Assembly: GCA_000320545.1 (NCBI GenBank)
Contig: ADNK01003441.1
Span: forward strand, 1 to 41,267
Direction: 5' to 3'
Origin: Bigelowiella natans CCMP2755
Taxonomy: Eukaryota; Protista; Cercozoa
Length of the DNA: 41,267 nt
In this document: positions 1-12,376 of the stretch, piece by piece
How the letters are laid out: the number at the start of each line of letters is the position of its first letter
How positions within the stretch are numbered: position 1 is the stretch's first letter
Translations under genes and position numbers: made by a program
Notes under the pieces: generated by a model
Seen by the model: only the letters and a program-made list of their open reading frames with translations
Databases searched by the model: none
Told to the model about the DNA's origin: nothing

Positions 1-90
1 GCTGTAGCATTAGTTGCAGTAGCAGTAGTCGAAGTAATCGTAATAGTAGTAGTAGTAGTTGTTGTTGTAATAGTAGTAGTAGTAGTAGTA
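1..90. repeat. (TAG/TTG)n microsatellite in an intron
   Basis: Directly visible tandem gtagta/gttgtt units. Confidence 0.9.
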
Positions 91-97
91 GGAGTAC

Positions 98-244
98 CTT
101 GACGTTTAAGGGGTGTACAATCTCCAAAACAAGTCTCCCATCTTGCACGTGCAATGCCTTCCCCGTATACTGATCATTGTGGTGGTGGAAATGATGATGA
201 TGACGACGATGATGATGATGATGATGATGACGGACTTGTTGGTT

Positions 245-289
<45 letters not shown>

Positions 290-2927
290 AGGACGATTTC
301 ATGTAACACACCATCATATGATATTGACAATCGTGACTGCATTCTGACAATACTTCCTTTTTCCATCACATCCATCATCATCATCGTCGTCGTCATCATT
401 TGTTCTTTTCCTCCTCCTCCTCTTCTTCTTCTTCCTCTTCTTCTTCTTCTTTCGTGGAACTAGGTCCTCTCTACCTACTACCTACCTTGGATTTTTTGTC
501 TGTGTAGAATCGGCCAGGGATATAACCCCACTTAATAGCAAGCTCGGGCCTGGCCATCTTGCGGAGAGGACGACTCGACTGAGTGTTGCATGGTCAGATA
601 ACGATGGTTATTACGAGGGCGATTTTGGTTGGTAGTAAGCAAGTACTGCTGCTGCTGCTGCTGATGATGATGATGATGGTGATGCGATGAGCTACAAATG
701 ATGCGTTGATATTGAGTCTATGAAGAAAGGCACACACACACACACACACACACAGACACACACACAACACACATACAGAGGGAGAGGGAGAGAGAGAAGT
801 AGAAGAAAAGAGGACACACAGAAGTGTCATCACACAATGCACAATAGCCACCAAAGACCTTAGCTTCTGTTGTTCTGTGGATTGGGATCATCGTGTCATC
901 TTCTTTCTCGTTATACAATATAGATTCGTCGAGCTTGAGAAGCTGATTAGAAGACAACAGGAAGAGATCCATACCACATCTGTTATTTATTCTTTCCTAA
1001 ATGTCGTATTGTCTATCTAGCGAGGGAGGGGGGGGAGGTGGCGGGGCATGAGACGTCACTGGAGCTTGATTGAAGTACCAGGTAATAAAGATCTTCACTA
1101 GTAGCTTCAGGGACCTTTGCCTCCCACTACCGATGGATGGACAACAAAAACAACGATAACTTTTTGCATCAATACAATCACAAGAGAGGGAGATGAGAGA
1201 GGGGGGGGAGGAGGGTGACCTCTTCGTGCTTGAAACCGCTCCTGAAGAAGTCGATTTTGACATTGCGTTTCATTTCTAAGACGGCCTGAAATGGTGATGA
1301 TAATCGGGTTGTTGAGGTGATTCATAGTTAATTCCAATTATCCTTTGATCATGTGTGATAGAAGAGTTTTTGTTGTTGTTGTTGTTGTTTACCCTTGCTA
1401 ATTCCCCTAAGAGCGTCGCGCCCTTGACTCCTGTCAACCACCTGTGTAGTTGCAGCAAGTAGAGAAGATATAACGCCGTTTGCATGATGAGAGCAACACC
1501 TAGCAGCAAGCAGCAGCAGCAGCAGGATTTTGACCTATCTCGCCATTCTTGGTCGGTGACTAACACGGCTTCATGGGGGATGGCAGCTTCAATGTCCACA
1601 ACAAGCGCTTTAGATACCAGCATTATCGGGGACACCTTTGAAGAGTAAGAAGAAGAGGATGATGACGACAGTTCGGGGTTATGGGTAATCTTTCTTTATT
1701 GGGTAATAGTCATCATCATCATCATCATCGTCATCATCATCGGCATCATCTTCATCATCTACGTTATCGAGCTCAGGAAGAAACAGCCGTCCTTCAGCAA
1801 CCTGTGATTATTGATAATACGTGGTAGAGATATATGTGACAATATAATAGAGAGAGGGAGAGGGGGGGGGGGGGGGAGGAGGAAACCCCTGCCTTGGTTG
1901 GTACTTAGTTGTTGCAGATGATCTATCTTCCAGTTGTCTATTACCTCCTTCTTTGTGAATAGCAAATGATCCCTAAAATCTTCTTCGGTAAACTCACCCT
2001 TATTGAAAGTCTGATGATCAGATTAAGCGAATGATGGGGCCAAAATCAACGTCAGGAGGGAGACATTCAAAAAGATTTTAAGACTCTATCAGCGGGTCAG
2101 CAACAGCGCCATCATACCTCATGAGTTAGTGGCGAGTGGTATTCTTCTTCGTCGCAGGTCCACTCTTGGCACGTGGAACATCGAGTATAGTCGTTACTGT
2201 CGGGCTCCTCTCGCAACACCCTCATCGCTGCTGATACTTCCTGTGGTTGTTGTTATTTTACCACCAGGATTTTAGGTTTTGGCCGAACAATTGTTCGATC
2301 TCTCTCTCCCCCCCGCCTGCTAATCCATTTTGAAATTTTTGGGAAAGCGAAAGCGCATATTATTATTATTACGTGGAATGAATGAATAAATAATACCGAT
2401 GTGACGCTGAGGAGGTCTCCGTAAGCGTTGCAGCTGTTAGAGTTTCGGGCAGCTTTAACCATACGACGGATACGATTGTTAGACGTCACGCTCGTAATCT
2501 TGGGTTTGTACGAAGAGGTGGCGAGGGTTCTTGAACTGTTGTTATTGATTTTGCTCCCCGCATTACCACTGCTACCTGATGCACTGCTAATGCCTCCCGC
2601 ACTGCTGCTGGTAGCTTGTGTGACGGCAGTGATAGGGGCGAGAGTGGTAGCTGTGGTGGCAGTCGTGATGATAGTGGGAACGTTTGCATTCGTTGCTAAT
2701 ATCTTAGATCCTTCAGTAGTCGCGCCGTGATCGTCGTCATTGCCTCCTCCTCTACCTTCGATATCGTGTGGTGTCCCTGATGACACAGCAGCAGCTACAT
2801 TGGGGTTCGGTGGTACATCCGATGACATTCCGGGGATGTTCTCTGCCGTTAATGGTAACGGAGTAGAGCGTTGATCAAAGCTGTTTTCATGCCCACCGCC
2901 TGCGCCGCCCTCACCTCCGGGCATCAT
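98..2927 (-). CDS. Multi-exon gene for an unknown protein with a low-complexity Thr/Ser/Gly N-terminus; 3' end lies beyond the left edge of the window
   Basis: ATG at 2927 in ORF 2253-2936. Exon 1 is 2397-2927, followed by about 10 short GT-AG exons that splice in frame: EVSAAMRVLREEPDSNDYTRCSTCQEW..HE | TFNKGEFTEEDFRDHLLFTKKE | VAEGRLFLPELDN | VSPIMLVSKALVVDIEAAIPHE.. | AVLEMKRNVKIDFFRSGFKHEE | VPEATSEDLYYL | LLKLDESILYNEKEDDTMIPIHRTTEAK | SSRPLRKMARPELAIKWGYIPGRFYTDKKSK | EVLSECSHDCQYHMM | YTGKALHVQDGRLVLEIVHPLNVK, with a donor at 97. No family recognised. Confidence 0.7.
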
Positions 2928-3305
2928 GATTAGCACGTGAATTTCAACTTAGAGAGGTATCTCTAATAATTTAACGATGATAGAATCGCCTGTATTTTCG
3001 TGCGGCGACGTCTTATTTGAAAAGCATCTCCTAGAATATTCCGAAATCTCTGCAGCCTAGATCCTGTCGTCGATGTTTCACTTTCTGAATTTCCTTTGTA
3101 GACAAAATTCTTGACTGCCGCTTTTTTAATTTTCGAAATTTATGCGGGCGGGATCGCGTTGCCGGCGTCTTGTGAGATGCGGGGCTCAACTTAGGGATAG
3201 TCTCGGAGATTCTCGAGAGATCTGTCGGATCACCTCCCTCTACCGCGGCTCTATTTCCTACAACCCCCTGAATAATAATAGTACTACGAGGGTGCCGCTG
3301 CCAAG

Positions 3306-3865
3306 ATGTATGAAGAGGAGAAGCGCAAGAAGAAAAAGAAGAAGAAGAAGCAGAAGAAGCAGGGCCGAAATGAAGAGCGGCCAAAGGAATGGACGGAAAG
3401 GACGATACATATTCGAGAATTGGTAGCCATGCGACGTTAAGATGGGAACGCCAGGGTTCCACTGAGCTTACACTGTATCCTTTGTAGATTTTGAAGCTTC
3501 CTGGGAACACAGAATGTGCAGACTGCACGACCAAGTATCCAGACTGGTCGTCAATAAATCTCGGTGTGATGATCTGTACTGAATGCGCAGGGATTCATCG
3601 TGGGTTAGGAGTGCACATTAGTAAGGTCAGATCGATCGTCGTGCAAAAGATAGATGATGAAGAAGAAAAAGAGGAGGAGAAAAATACTGAAAAACAGCTG
3701 AAATCAAAATTTCATCTCAGAGAATATGAAACATGAAAGAGATAGATTTGAAACTAGGTACAAAAAAATGAGATGCATTTGTAGGCACGCAATCTCATTT
3801 TTCGAGCGGACGTATCGTGTGATATTGTCCCCTCCACCCTACTTATCCTCATACCGCCCTCTTTC

Positions 3866-3912
<47 letters not shown>

Positions 3913-4803
3913 TCGCATATCATTTTTAAAAATTTCGTTACATTTATGTAAAGATTCACACACATACACATAACTCACAATTGGTCCGTGGAATACGTGT
4001 GGATATCATCAACAGGTGCGTTCTATCGAGATGGACGTGTGGTCAGAGGAACAGCTAACGTACTTCTACAGGTTAGGTGGAAACACAAGAGTCAATGGCT
4101 TCTATGAAGCTTCATTGAGAAAGGGCGCAAAACCAAGTACATTTTGATATGGATATCTTCCGCATTCTAGAGAATAGGACGTGTTTTATATTGAAAATGG
4201 TGTGTTTTACGCAGCGGAGAGTGATAGACGAATGTCAACGGAATACATTCGACAGAAGTACAAGGAGAGGGCTTTCATTAAAAAAGACAATGATGATACC
4301 GACGACTCCGATGACGACTCTGATTCTGACGATGAGGAGGAGGAGCGTCGTAGGAGCCAGAAGAAGAAGAAGAAAAAAAAGGACAAGAAGAAGAAGAAAA
4401 AAAAAAAGAAAAAGAAGAAGAAAGAGGAATCATCCGATAACGAATCGGTCGAGAATGAACCGGAGGATGAAACACAAGAGAGCAGCGACACCGTTGATGG
4501 AAAGCAGAGCTCGAAAGCAAATGAGGCTGATACATCGTTGCAAAATTCGTTCGCCAACATTCTCAGTTTAAATGAGGAGGAAAGAGTCAATGTAGTTGCT
4601 AATACTGAAGCGCCTGAGAAAACAGAGGATCAAGAGGGCGACTTACAAAATGAGGACGAGGAAGCTATGTTTGATAACTTTTTCGGTGAGGAAAAGGAAG
4701 GTAAATTACCGTTTTTTGGCTGTATTTCACGAATAATACACATATACACCAATTACTTACAGATGTATCGGCAGCGGATGAAATGGACGCTCTCTTTAGA
4801 TAG
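3306..4803 (+). CDS. ADP-ribosylation factor GTPase-activating protein (ArfGAP domain, SMAP/AGD-like) with a Lys/Asp-rich tail
   Basis: Exons 3306-3422, 3488-3625, 4016-4136, 4215-4700 and 4763-4803 splice to ..ILKLPGNTECADCTTKYPDWSSINLGVMICTECAGIHRGLGVHISK | VRSIEMDVWSEEQLTYFYRLGGNTRVNGFYEASL..EYIRQKYKERAF. The CxxC-x16-CxxC zinc finger and the catalytic Arg in GIHR are present. Confidence 0.95.
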
Positions 4804-4833
4804 CTTTCTATCAGAGTTATGTTTTTGTCTAGG

Positions 4834-4883
<50 letters not shown>

Positions 4884-5728
4884 GGGGGGGGGGAGAGAGA
4901 TATGTGCACTTCAGATCGAGGTTATCCTCGAGTCGTAATTGTAATAATGGCTCTACTACTTCACAGTACAACTTTAACTGGAGAGTGTACGTCTCAGATG
5001 CATAAAAATATTTGTTGCAGCAGCATGAGCATGCTATAATTTTCGCTATCAGCTTGGTTCGCCGCTTACACTCTTATCCCAAGCACGCTATAACTAGTAG
5101 TCTGGTGGTGTGGCGCTAGCATAGCATATATTTGTATCGCATCGTGATAGATGCGACAGACAGAACATCAACATTGCGTCTTGCTAGCTTGCTAGCTTGA
5201 TGGTACATGTGTGGATGCAAACCTGCATTTACCAGGCCAGATTAAAATTTTGTGTGCGCTACGTCACACACGTACGTCACACTCATGTCTAGTCACAATT
5301 GCCGCGATCCATGCGTTGCTTCTAGTGCAGTCGCATCGAAGCGCCTTCGATCATTCAAGCTGATGTTGCCTTTCTGGCTCCACTGGGACCATGAACTGTC
5401 ACGTATGTGCACCAAACAAATTGCACTAGCTATGCTAGCTAGCGTGCACCGCTAGACCAAAGTTACTCCAATTGTCGTGTCGCAACTCTTGTGTGTCATC
5501 GGAGCATTCAAAGATGCGCATATTGCATGATCTACTCTAGTACCATGCATGCATGCTTCATGTAATGGTCACTGCATGCCTTTGAATCAGTAAGCAAGAG
5601 AAGAAATGTATGTAAACTAGCTCATGTGCAAAATAATGACATTAGACGAAGGTATCAACATAACCAAGTTTGAGGACACAGCTAAAATTATCAAAAGATG
5701 CTTAAGTCGTGCAATATGAAGAACTAGA

Positions 5729-7432
5729 TTATTTAGCTTTGGAATGTGCATAGTACTGCTCAAAGAGAATTTCGAGAATGGTAACATAAAAAGATAAATC
5801 AGAAGGAAAACTATAATTTTTGGCCATATCGCGATTGTGTCGGCTGAAACTAACATCTGACAACTGCATACTAACTAAACCGGCGACAAAGGTTACCAAC
5901 ATTGCAAGTGCACCGACTATTGGAATAAGGACAACAAAAAAATTCAACCTGAAGCAAAGGTTTTTAAAATTTTCGTCCTGCCTCTGCGTTGCAACGAAAG
6001 TACTCGCCCTAGATTGGAGCTTTGATTTTTTGTTGCTTTTTTTATTTCCTATTTCGGAAACCGTGACTGATGTAGCATTTTGAGAAAGGGGATAGCTACT
6101 TTCGGTTCTGATACGATAAGGAGCCATTTCAATTTCATCTTTTCTGCGAATTGAGTCTTTTGACTGTCTACGACTCATCGCTATTATCCGTGGAAGTCTT
6201 TGCGTATTTTCCAAATCTGAATCTGATTCTGTAACTGAAATTTTATCTTCAGTTGTAGAGACGTTGCTTTTATTCGATACCATTCCCGGAAAAGTGAGTT
6301 GAGGCATTATTTTTCCCTGTTTAATTTGCTCTGCGTTTTTAGAACTATTAAGTTTGTTTTCTCTTCCTATATTTATTTCTGTCATTGGAGTTGTCACTAT
6401 ATCCCGGTCCGTTCCCATGTAAAATCTTTTTTCATAGTTTTTATTGGATTTAAGAGGGTCCATTGTGGTAGTTGTTTGCGTTTTCGATGGGTAAAACTTA
6501 GATCTTTTTTCTTCGTTTTGGTTGGATTCGAGGGGATCTGTGCTGTTCACTGTTTGGATTCTCGACGATAAAAGTTTGGAACGGAGTTGAAGAAAACAAA
6601 CCTGTAGCGTAAAGACCGCAAAGGAAACAACAACAAATATGGAGAAGTGTCTCACCGAATCAAAGAGAAAATTGTCGGTAAGGATAACGCCGATCGCCTG
6701 TTTCATTAGATGAGGCATTAAGATGGTAGACATTGCATTTCATTTGTTACCGAGGCGACACCCAGAAGAATCGTGGAGACCATGAATGAATAGCAGAATA
6801 TTGACACCTGCGCAGGAAGCTTAATCGCTCTTGCAGCCATTAATGTTACCGCATTGTAGTGTGCTGTTAGGATAGCGTGTGTGATGTATAATCCTGAGAC
6901 TGCAGCAGAAGCCTACGAGTTATTTTCCCATTAGATGAGTAAATGGATATTGTGAGATGATGACAATGCACATATTTGAAATGTTACGTTCTTTGCTGAT
7001 CCCAAAGACACAAAAAATTGTGGTCCAAAATAGAGAGGTTCATGGGCACCCTTGAAAGTTAACACAACACATCATTGGCGTTTCCTTTCTATCTACAATC
7101 TACAAATACGAATACATACACTTTACATTGGGATACCAGAGTGTGGGTGAAGGTCAATGCCACAGTAACAGTGTTGATTCTAGTGAGAAATATAGAAAAC
7201 AAACGAACTATTGATGGTTTGTTTTGACACTCAAAAAACTAGGTCAGACATTATTATTGTAGTTTTCGAACGGTTTCTGGTCTTGCCGAGCTGATTTATG
7301 TTGTAGACTTGCTGCAATAGGTTGATGACAAGCTTGATGACATCTATCATTTAAAATTATTAGCAATCTGAGGCATAAGTTCGACACAACGGACAACAGA
7401 CAGACGCACACAAACAAAGTGTAGCTGTGCAT
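5729..7432 (-). CDS. Multi-pass (probably 7TM, GPCR-like topology) membrane protein of unknown family
   Basis: The large terminal exon (ORF 5729-6733) has one hydrophobic helix, a hydrophilic loop of about 190 aa, then two more helices (LNFFVVLIPIVGALAMLVTFVAGLVSM and DLSFYVTILEILFEQYYAH). Upstream hydrophobic exons (e.g. LSGLYITHAILTAHYNAVTLM..VSIFCYSFMVSTILLGVAS) have GT-AG borders. The start at 7432 is tentative. Confidence 0.65.
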
Positions 7433-7473
7433 CACCGGTCACGAGCCACCCGGCAGACATTCTATTTTCTCAA

Positions 7474-9104
7474 ATGCTCAGTAGTGCTCTTAGCTGCTGA
7501 ACTGCAGATGATTTGCAGAGCGACATTCCTCTTTTTCAAGCATCCCCGGTAATACCAGATCGCTACCGGAACGCCAAGGGAAACAACGCAGCGACATCTT
7601 CAAATGTTTTAGGGGAAAATTAAACGGTCCAATGGTGGAGAATAAATCTATGTCTTTGCTGGCTGCACAGCAAGACAACGTTTGTCGCCAGTCGCACACT
7701 TTCTTCAGCATGTACAGCTTCTGAAATTGGACACCATTGTCAAATTGAAGTGTCCATTAAAAAACTGCATTCCTTTATCTAACGCGACAACCTAACTGTC
7801 GAGAATACATGCCTAGCTGGCTGTCGAACCGGCACAAGAGATTTGTGCTGCACGTCGCGTTGGTTTCTTTCTTTCGAAAAAGCTCCACCAAAAACCCATT
7901 CGCACCAGAAAGGGAGAAAATGGTCGATGCTATCGATGAAAGTGTCAACGCTATTTCACTCGATGGCAGTCTCAGGGCAGTCTTTTCTAACGAGTCACAC
8001 ATATTGATTCTGTCCGACGGTAGTTGCGTTTGTCTTTGGGACGTTATGACGTGCGCGATCCGACATGCACCCGCAACTGCTTCAACATTGTGTAGGATCA
8101 GATGGAGCTGTGTTGTTCAAAAAGGAGCTTAGTCCCGAATTTACTGAAAAAGTGGAGCAAATTGAATTCTCTATTACAACCTATGCGCTTTACTTGCACA
8201 CATACGGTAACCAATTATCATCTGAAGTTGAGTTTGAAGTGATTGCTGATAGAAAATGAATTTCTACACAGACAAGAGTTTTCTCCTTGATTTGGCCACA
8301 AAAGAATTTGTGGAAATAAGCAAAACGGATACAAGAGCGTATGACACATTAGTTGGAAAAACAAGTATTAAATATGGCTCAGTTATTTCGAAGAGGAAAG
8401 AAGTCTCTACCGAGCAAGAAATCCAAATCATGGTTGGAATGTGCAGCACGTTATGCTCATCTCTCACTTCTGTAACCGTGACGCGTAACGCGTCTATTTG
8501 CATACAATCAGATTAACGAAAGTGCCATGGAAAACAGACCGAATCAATGTCGTAGTCGCGATCATGATGAGCCCCAAGAAGTAATTTGTACTACTTGTTC
8601 ATAGCCCTGCGTTAAAGCATTTTCACATGTTCACTCTTCGTCAAGTATCATGCTCAGATCATTACAACATCCTCGTTGCAATTAATGTAGGGGGACAAAC
8701 TAATTCATCGCATGCGAAGCAGAGATAGGCACAAGGGAAATTTTATTGCTCGCAGAGATTCAACGTGCCCGAGATTCGAAGCTGCCTCAGAAATCGATGA
8801 TCTTCAGCCATTTCTTTTGAAGCAAAAGTTATCGTTACGCAGCAGTCTTGTGCTGTGTCTGGCTTTCTTTCTACTTGGGGCAATTTTTCTCTCCCCATTG
8901 AATTGTGCATATGCGCATAGTGATTGGCAGCAACTGTCAAGGGGTGAGGTCGGGGCATCCAAAATTTCATCCATCAACACAGTGAACAGCGACCCGGCTC
9001 GATCGACTTTGTTCAATCACATTCCTGAGGCATCTGGTCAGGGAATGAAAACGTCGCATAGCTCTCCAATCAGAAATCATTTTTCGAGGAGAAAGGACAT
9101 TTGA
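7474..9104 (+). CDS. Multi-exon hypothetical protein with a beta-strand-rich (possibly propeller-like) core and a possible C-terminal TM segment
   Basis: In-frame spliced exons ..AISLDGSLRAVFSNESHILILSD | GSDGAVLFKKELSPEFTEKVEQIEFSITTYALYLHTY | DKSFLLDLATKEFVEISKTDTRAYDTLVGKTSIKYG.. span about 7940-8430. The start is uncertain, and so is the link to ORF 8712-9104 (hydrophobic SSLVLCLAFFLLGAIFLSPL). Confidence 0.5.
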
Positions 9105-9784
9105 AGAACGTCTTGAAACATACACCAACGTAGCAATGTCATGAGTGCACAATGAAGCGTAAACAAAAAAATGTCATGCTGTGAAAGCGATCGGTCACTA
9201 AGAAATCTAAATGTTCGGTAGCATTTGAACTTCTGAAATGCAACGCGCTGCCATGCAATGCCATGATTTCTTGGGTGAGATGGGCATTGCAGGTTGTTGA
9301 TCGTTGCTAGATGGGTGCAGTTAGCCGCTAATTTGCTCATCTTGCATTTTGCATTTTTCAATGGAATGTGCATGTAGCACATGCTAGCATGCAGTTGAGA
9401 TGGAAATCATTATTGCTTTGAATTCAGTGCATGACGCTAGCTAGCTACTAGAGTTGGGACGCTTTGGTCATTGCAGATTGAGCATGTGGAACATCTAATC
9501 AACCAATCAACAATGATGCTTCCAAATGAACATTCATTTTCATCGATGGGCGGATGAGTTTGGGACATGTCAGCCAGACTTGCAGACAGTCTCACGCGCG
9601 CGCAAGTGCATGAGAAATCATGAATGCGAGATTAGGCCACGCTAGCATGGGACATGTCTAGCTAGGCACTAGCTAGCTAGCACTAGACTTGCTACCTAGG
9701 CATGCTACCATGTCTAGACGAGCTGATTACTAGATAAAGTCACACATGACAAGCAATGAGTCACAGCATAGAATAAATCAATCA

Positions 9785-10143
9785 TTATCTGAAGCTACCA
9801 CAGAGCATAATATCGCTGCCAACGCATGTGTAACGAATTTTAGAAAATCTTGGGAATTCTGCTTTGAGTGATGAAGCTTGGTCTGTGCAAGGATTGAGTC
9901 CGCCAACCTGCGAGGATGCGAAATATGACATCCGTTAGAAACGCATATCTAGACAGGTAATGACTACGTACAAATAGCGGGGCGATGGTGATGATGACTT
10001 GATCGACTGCGCAGCGACACTTCTCCTTCTGGGCGGCTAAGTAAATGGCGAGTATTAAAAATCAAATCCTATTAATCTTATATCGTAGGTAGCATGCAGG
10101 AGGACCAACCGTATATCACAGCAATAGTAGCTACTAAGTACCA

Positions 10144-10179
<36 letters not shown>

Positions 10180-10426
10180 ATAGGCATGTGCAACCCTATT
10201 CTCGAATTTATGGCCAAGTGTGCTACTTTATAAAGGTTTTTCAGATGTTCATCGGACGTCACCTGTTTCTATGAAGCTCCTTATCACCGAGGCACCGCCT
10301 TCAATCATTATGCTCTTCACAAATGGACGCAAGAGATCTATCATTACGCAACACAAACAATAAGCTTTTTGTTTTTGGTTTTTCGATTCCCTCAAAAATC
10401 TCATACGCAACGAATGCTCTTTAAAG

Positions 10427-10469
<43 letters not shown>

Positions 10470-12157
10470 TATGTGCGTGTCTACGCGTGTGATAACCTAG
10501 CATCGAATGGATATCTATTCGCCCATCTTCCGACTCCTTACACCTGGTGGGGAATTAATAAGAAACCGATAATACATCGGTTCAATCGTCAATTAACGAC
10601 GCGCTTATTTCACTTTTTGGGTGATAGCGTGTAAGTGCGACACTGATGATAGTTGCCCCCGCCGCTTCCTAAAGGCAAAAAGTACACGCAAACACATATA
10701 ATATCACGTCATTCCCATTAATAGTAACAGCATCTCGAGTAATACACCAGTGTCTTCTTGCGATGGTCAAACTCCTGGTCCTTCTGTTATTGGAGAATTG
10801 AGAAAAGAAAAGGGAAGGAGCAATAACACGGACAGTTATTGTCTCCAACGATTCAGACAATAGATTGTTTGTTGCGACAGCTATGTTATTGTATCTGTGT
10901 CCTTTGTCACCTTTTGGTCGGAGCAAACAATGATGGGTAAATTCCCTTTTTTCCTGCTAAATATCTTTCTCGATATTGGAGCACGCAGAGACCTTGAAGA
11001 AGGGTGAAGAATGAAGAATGGTGGGTTCGTTGCCATCGGAAGTATACCCAAATATACATCAAAAGGACGTCAAATACATGCAAACTTGAGAAATTAAGTA
11101 TTGTGATAGAAGAAAATTACGTGTCAAGTATAATCGGACGTGGATGCGAACCTAAAGTGCAGTTATTATCCTTCAAAAACAATGGGTTTACAAATACATC
11201 AGCGCCACTAAAACTGCCTTATCTAGCAGTTGATGAAAAGTCGATAGCCAAAGCACCATGTCCCCCCAAGTAACAGACGATCCTCGGTTCAAAGATCCAA
11301 TGCAATCACTACAAATGTCTTCGGTAAAGGATAATGGTATTGGCTATACCTGGAACTAAACGTGTTGTGAGCGAAGGATTGTCTGCGATTAGTGTCCCTA
11401 CACCGATCATGATCCCGCTGGTAAGAAGAGGTATGTTCGCTTAGCGTTCAGCTCATATTCTACGAAATGCCTCTCTCAACTACTAAATCCGACAGCCGAA
11501 GGCCGTATAACATGTAATACGACATGTGTACGCGTGTATGAATGCGACCGAGTGAGTGTGGAGTAGGGGTGTTTGGAACATTACTCGTGCAAGGCACGAA
11601 GTCGATGAGTCATAATCATTGATTCCTTGCCACTAAGAAGCAGTGGTTTCCCTGTGTACGTTGGTTACAAAAGATAATAGCTCAGCGTGACGGTTAGTAA
11701 TAGGTCTGCTTCTCAACTATACTGACAGTGTAAAATCGAGATCCAACAAAAATTAAACATTCCGATAAAATGCTACTCTCAGGCAGAACCCTCCTCATCG
11801 GACTGACCTCTTTCCGCAGCGATAGATCCGTCGATGCTTTGGGCGTACCTGGAGTTTGTGGAACATCAGTGAGTGAAGAAAGAAATGATAGAGTAGAGAG
11901 ACTAAGACTGGGCAGAGAGTACTTACGTGAGAGTGATGAAGGGTCTCATCTGGGTATCATCGTCATCATCTTTGCCTTTGCTTTCCGAGTGACTTTTCAC
12001 GTTACAGTTGAAAATCTCAACGAAAGTATCAGGAGGTACCATTTTATGATCGGACTGGACGGTATTTCCCCCTGTTCATGGCATTATTATGTAAGAATGG
12101 AGGGGGGTGAAGGGGGGCGATGAGGGGGATACCTTTGGGATCCTTCGGAGCGCTCAT
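9785..12157 (-). CDS. RIB7: Stand-alone riboflavin-biosynthesis pyrimidine reductase (RibD C-terminal / Rib7 family)
   Basis: About 12 exons (12133-12157, 11927-12071, 11808-11848, 11585-11651, 11350-11417 and onward) splice to MSAPKDPKG..RPFITLTYAQSIDGSIAAERGKPLLLSGKESMIMTHRLRALHDGIMIGVGTLIADNPSLTTRLVPGSHPRPIILDTSLRAP..DGRIDIHSMLDLLRPFVKSIMIEGGASVIRSF..VDQVIITIAPLFVGG..VGSDIMLCGSFR*. All hallmark RibD_C motifs are present and there is no deaminase domain. Confidence 0.9.
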
Positions 12158-12376
12158 CCAGGGCTCCCTCAGTCTTTGACTTAATGTGTTGATGTTTCTC
12201 GTATTAAAAATAGTCTAAATTAATTTCAACTCAATCTACGGACACGTGCTCGGCTTTGAGTTCTCGCTTGACGCAGGCAGAAAAGGCAGGTTGTTTTCCC
12301 AAGTTCACTGCATTTAGGCCAGAAAAAAAGACACAAGAGCGGAACGCAAGCCACGGTGCACCTGGGCCTGTTTTAG

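Noticed and set aside
512-555. GGCCAGG...CCTGGCC stem resembling a tRNA acceptor stem
   Set aside because: Only 44 nt long, with no D or T arm, and it lies inside a coding exon.
1390-1545. Apparent poly-Cys plus TM segment (KSCCCCCLLLGVAL..)
   Set aside because: The Cys run is a (CTG)n microsatellite, and a better in-frame model places it in an intron.
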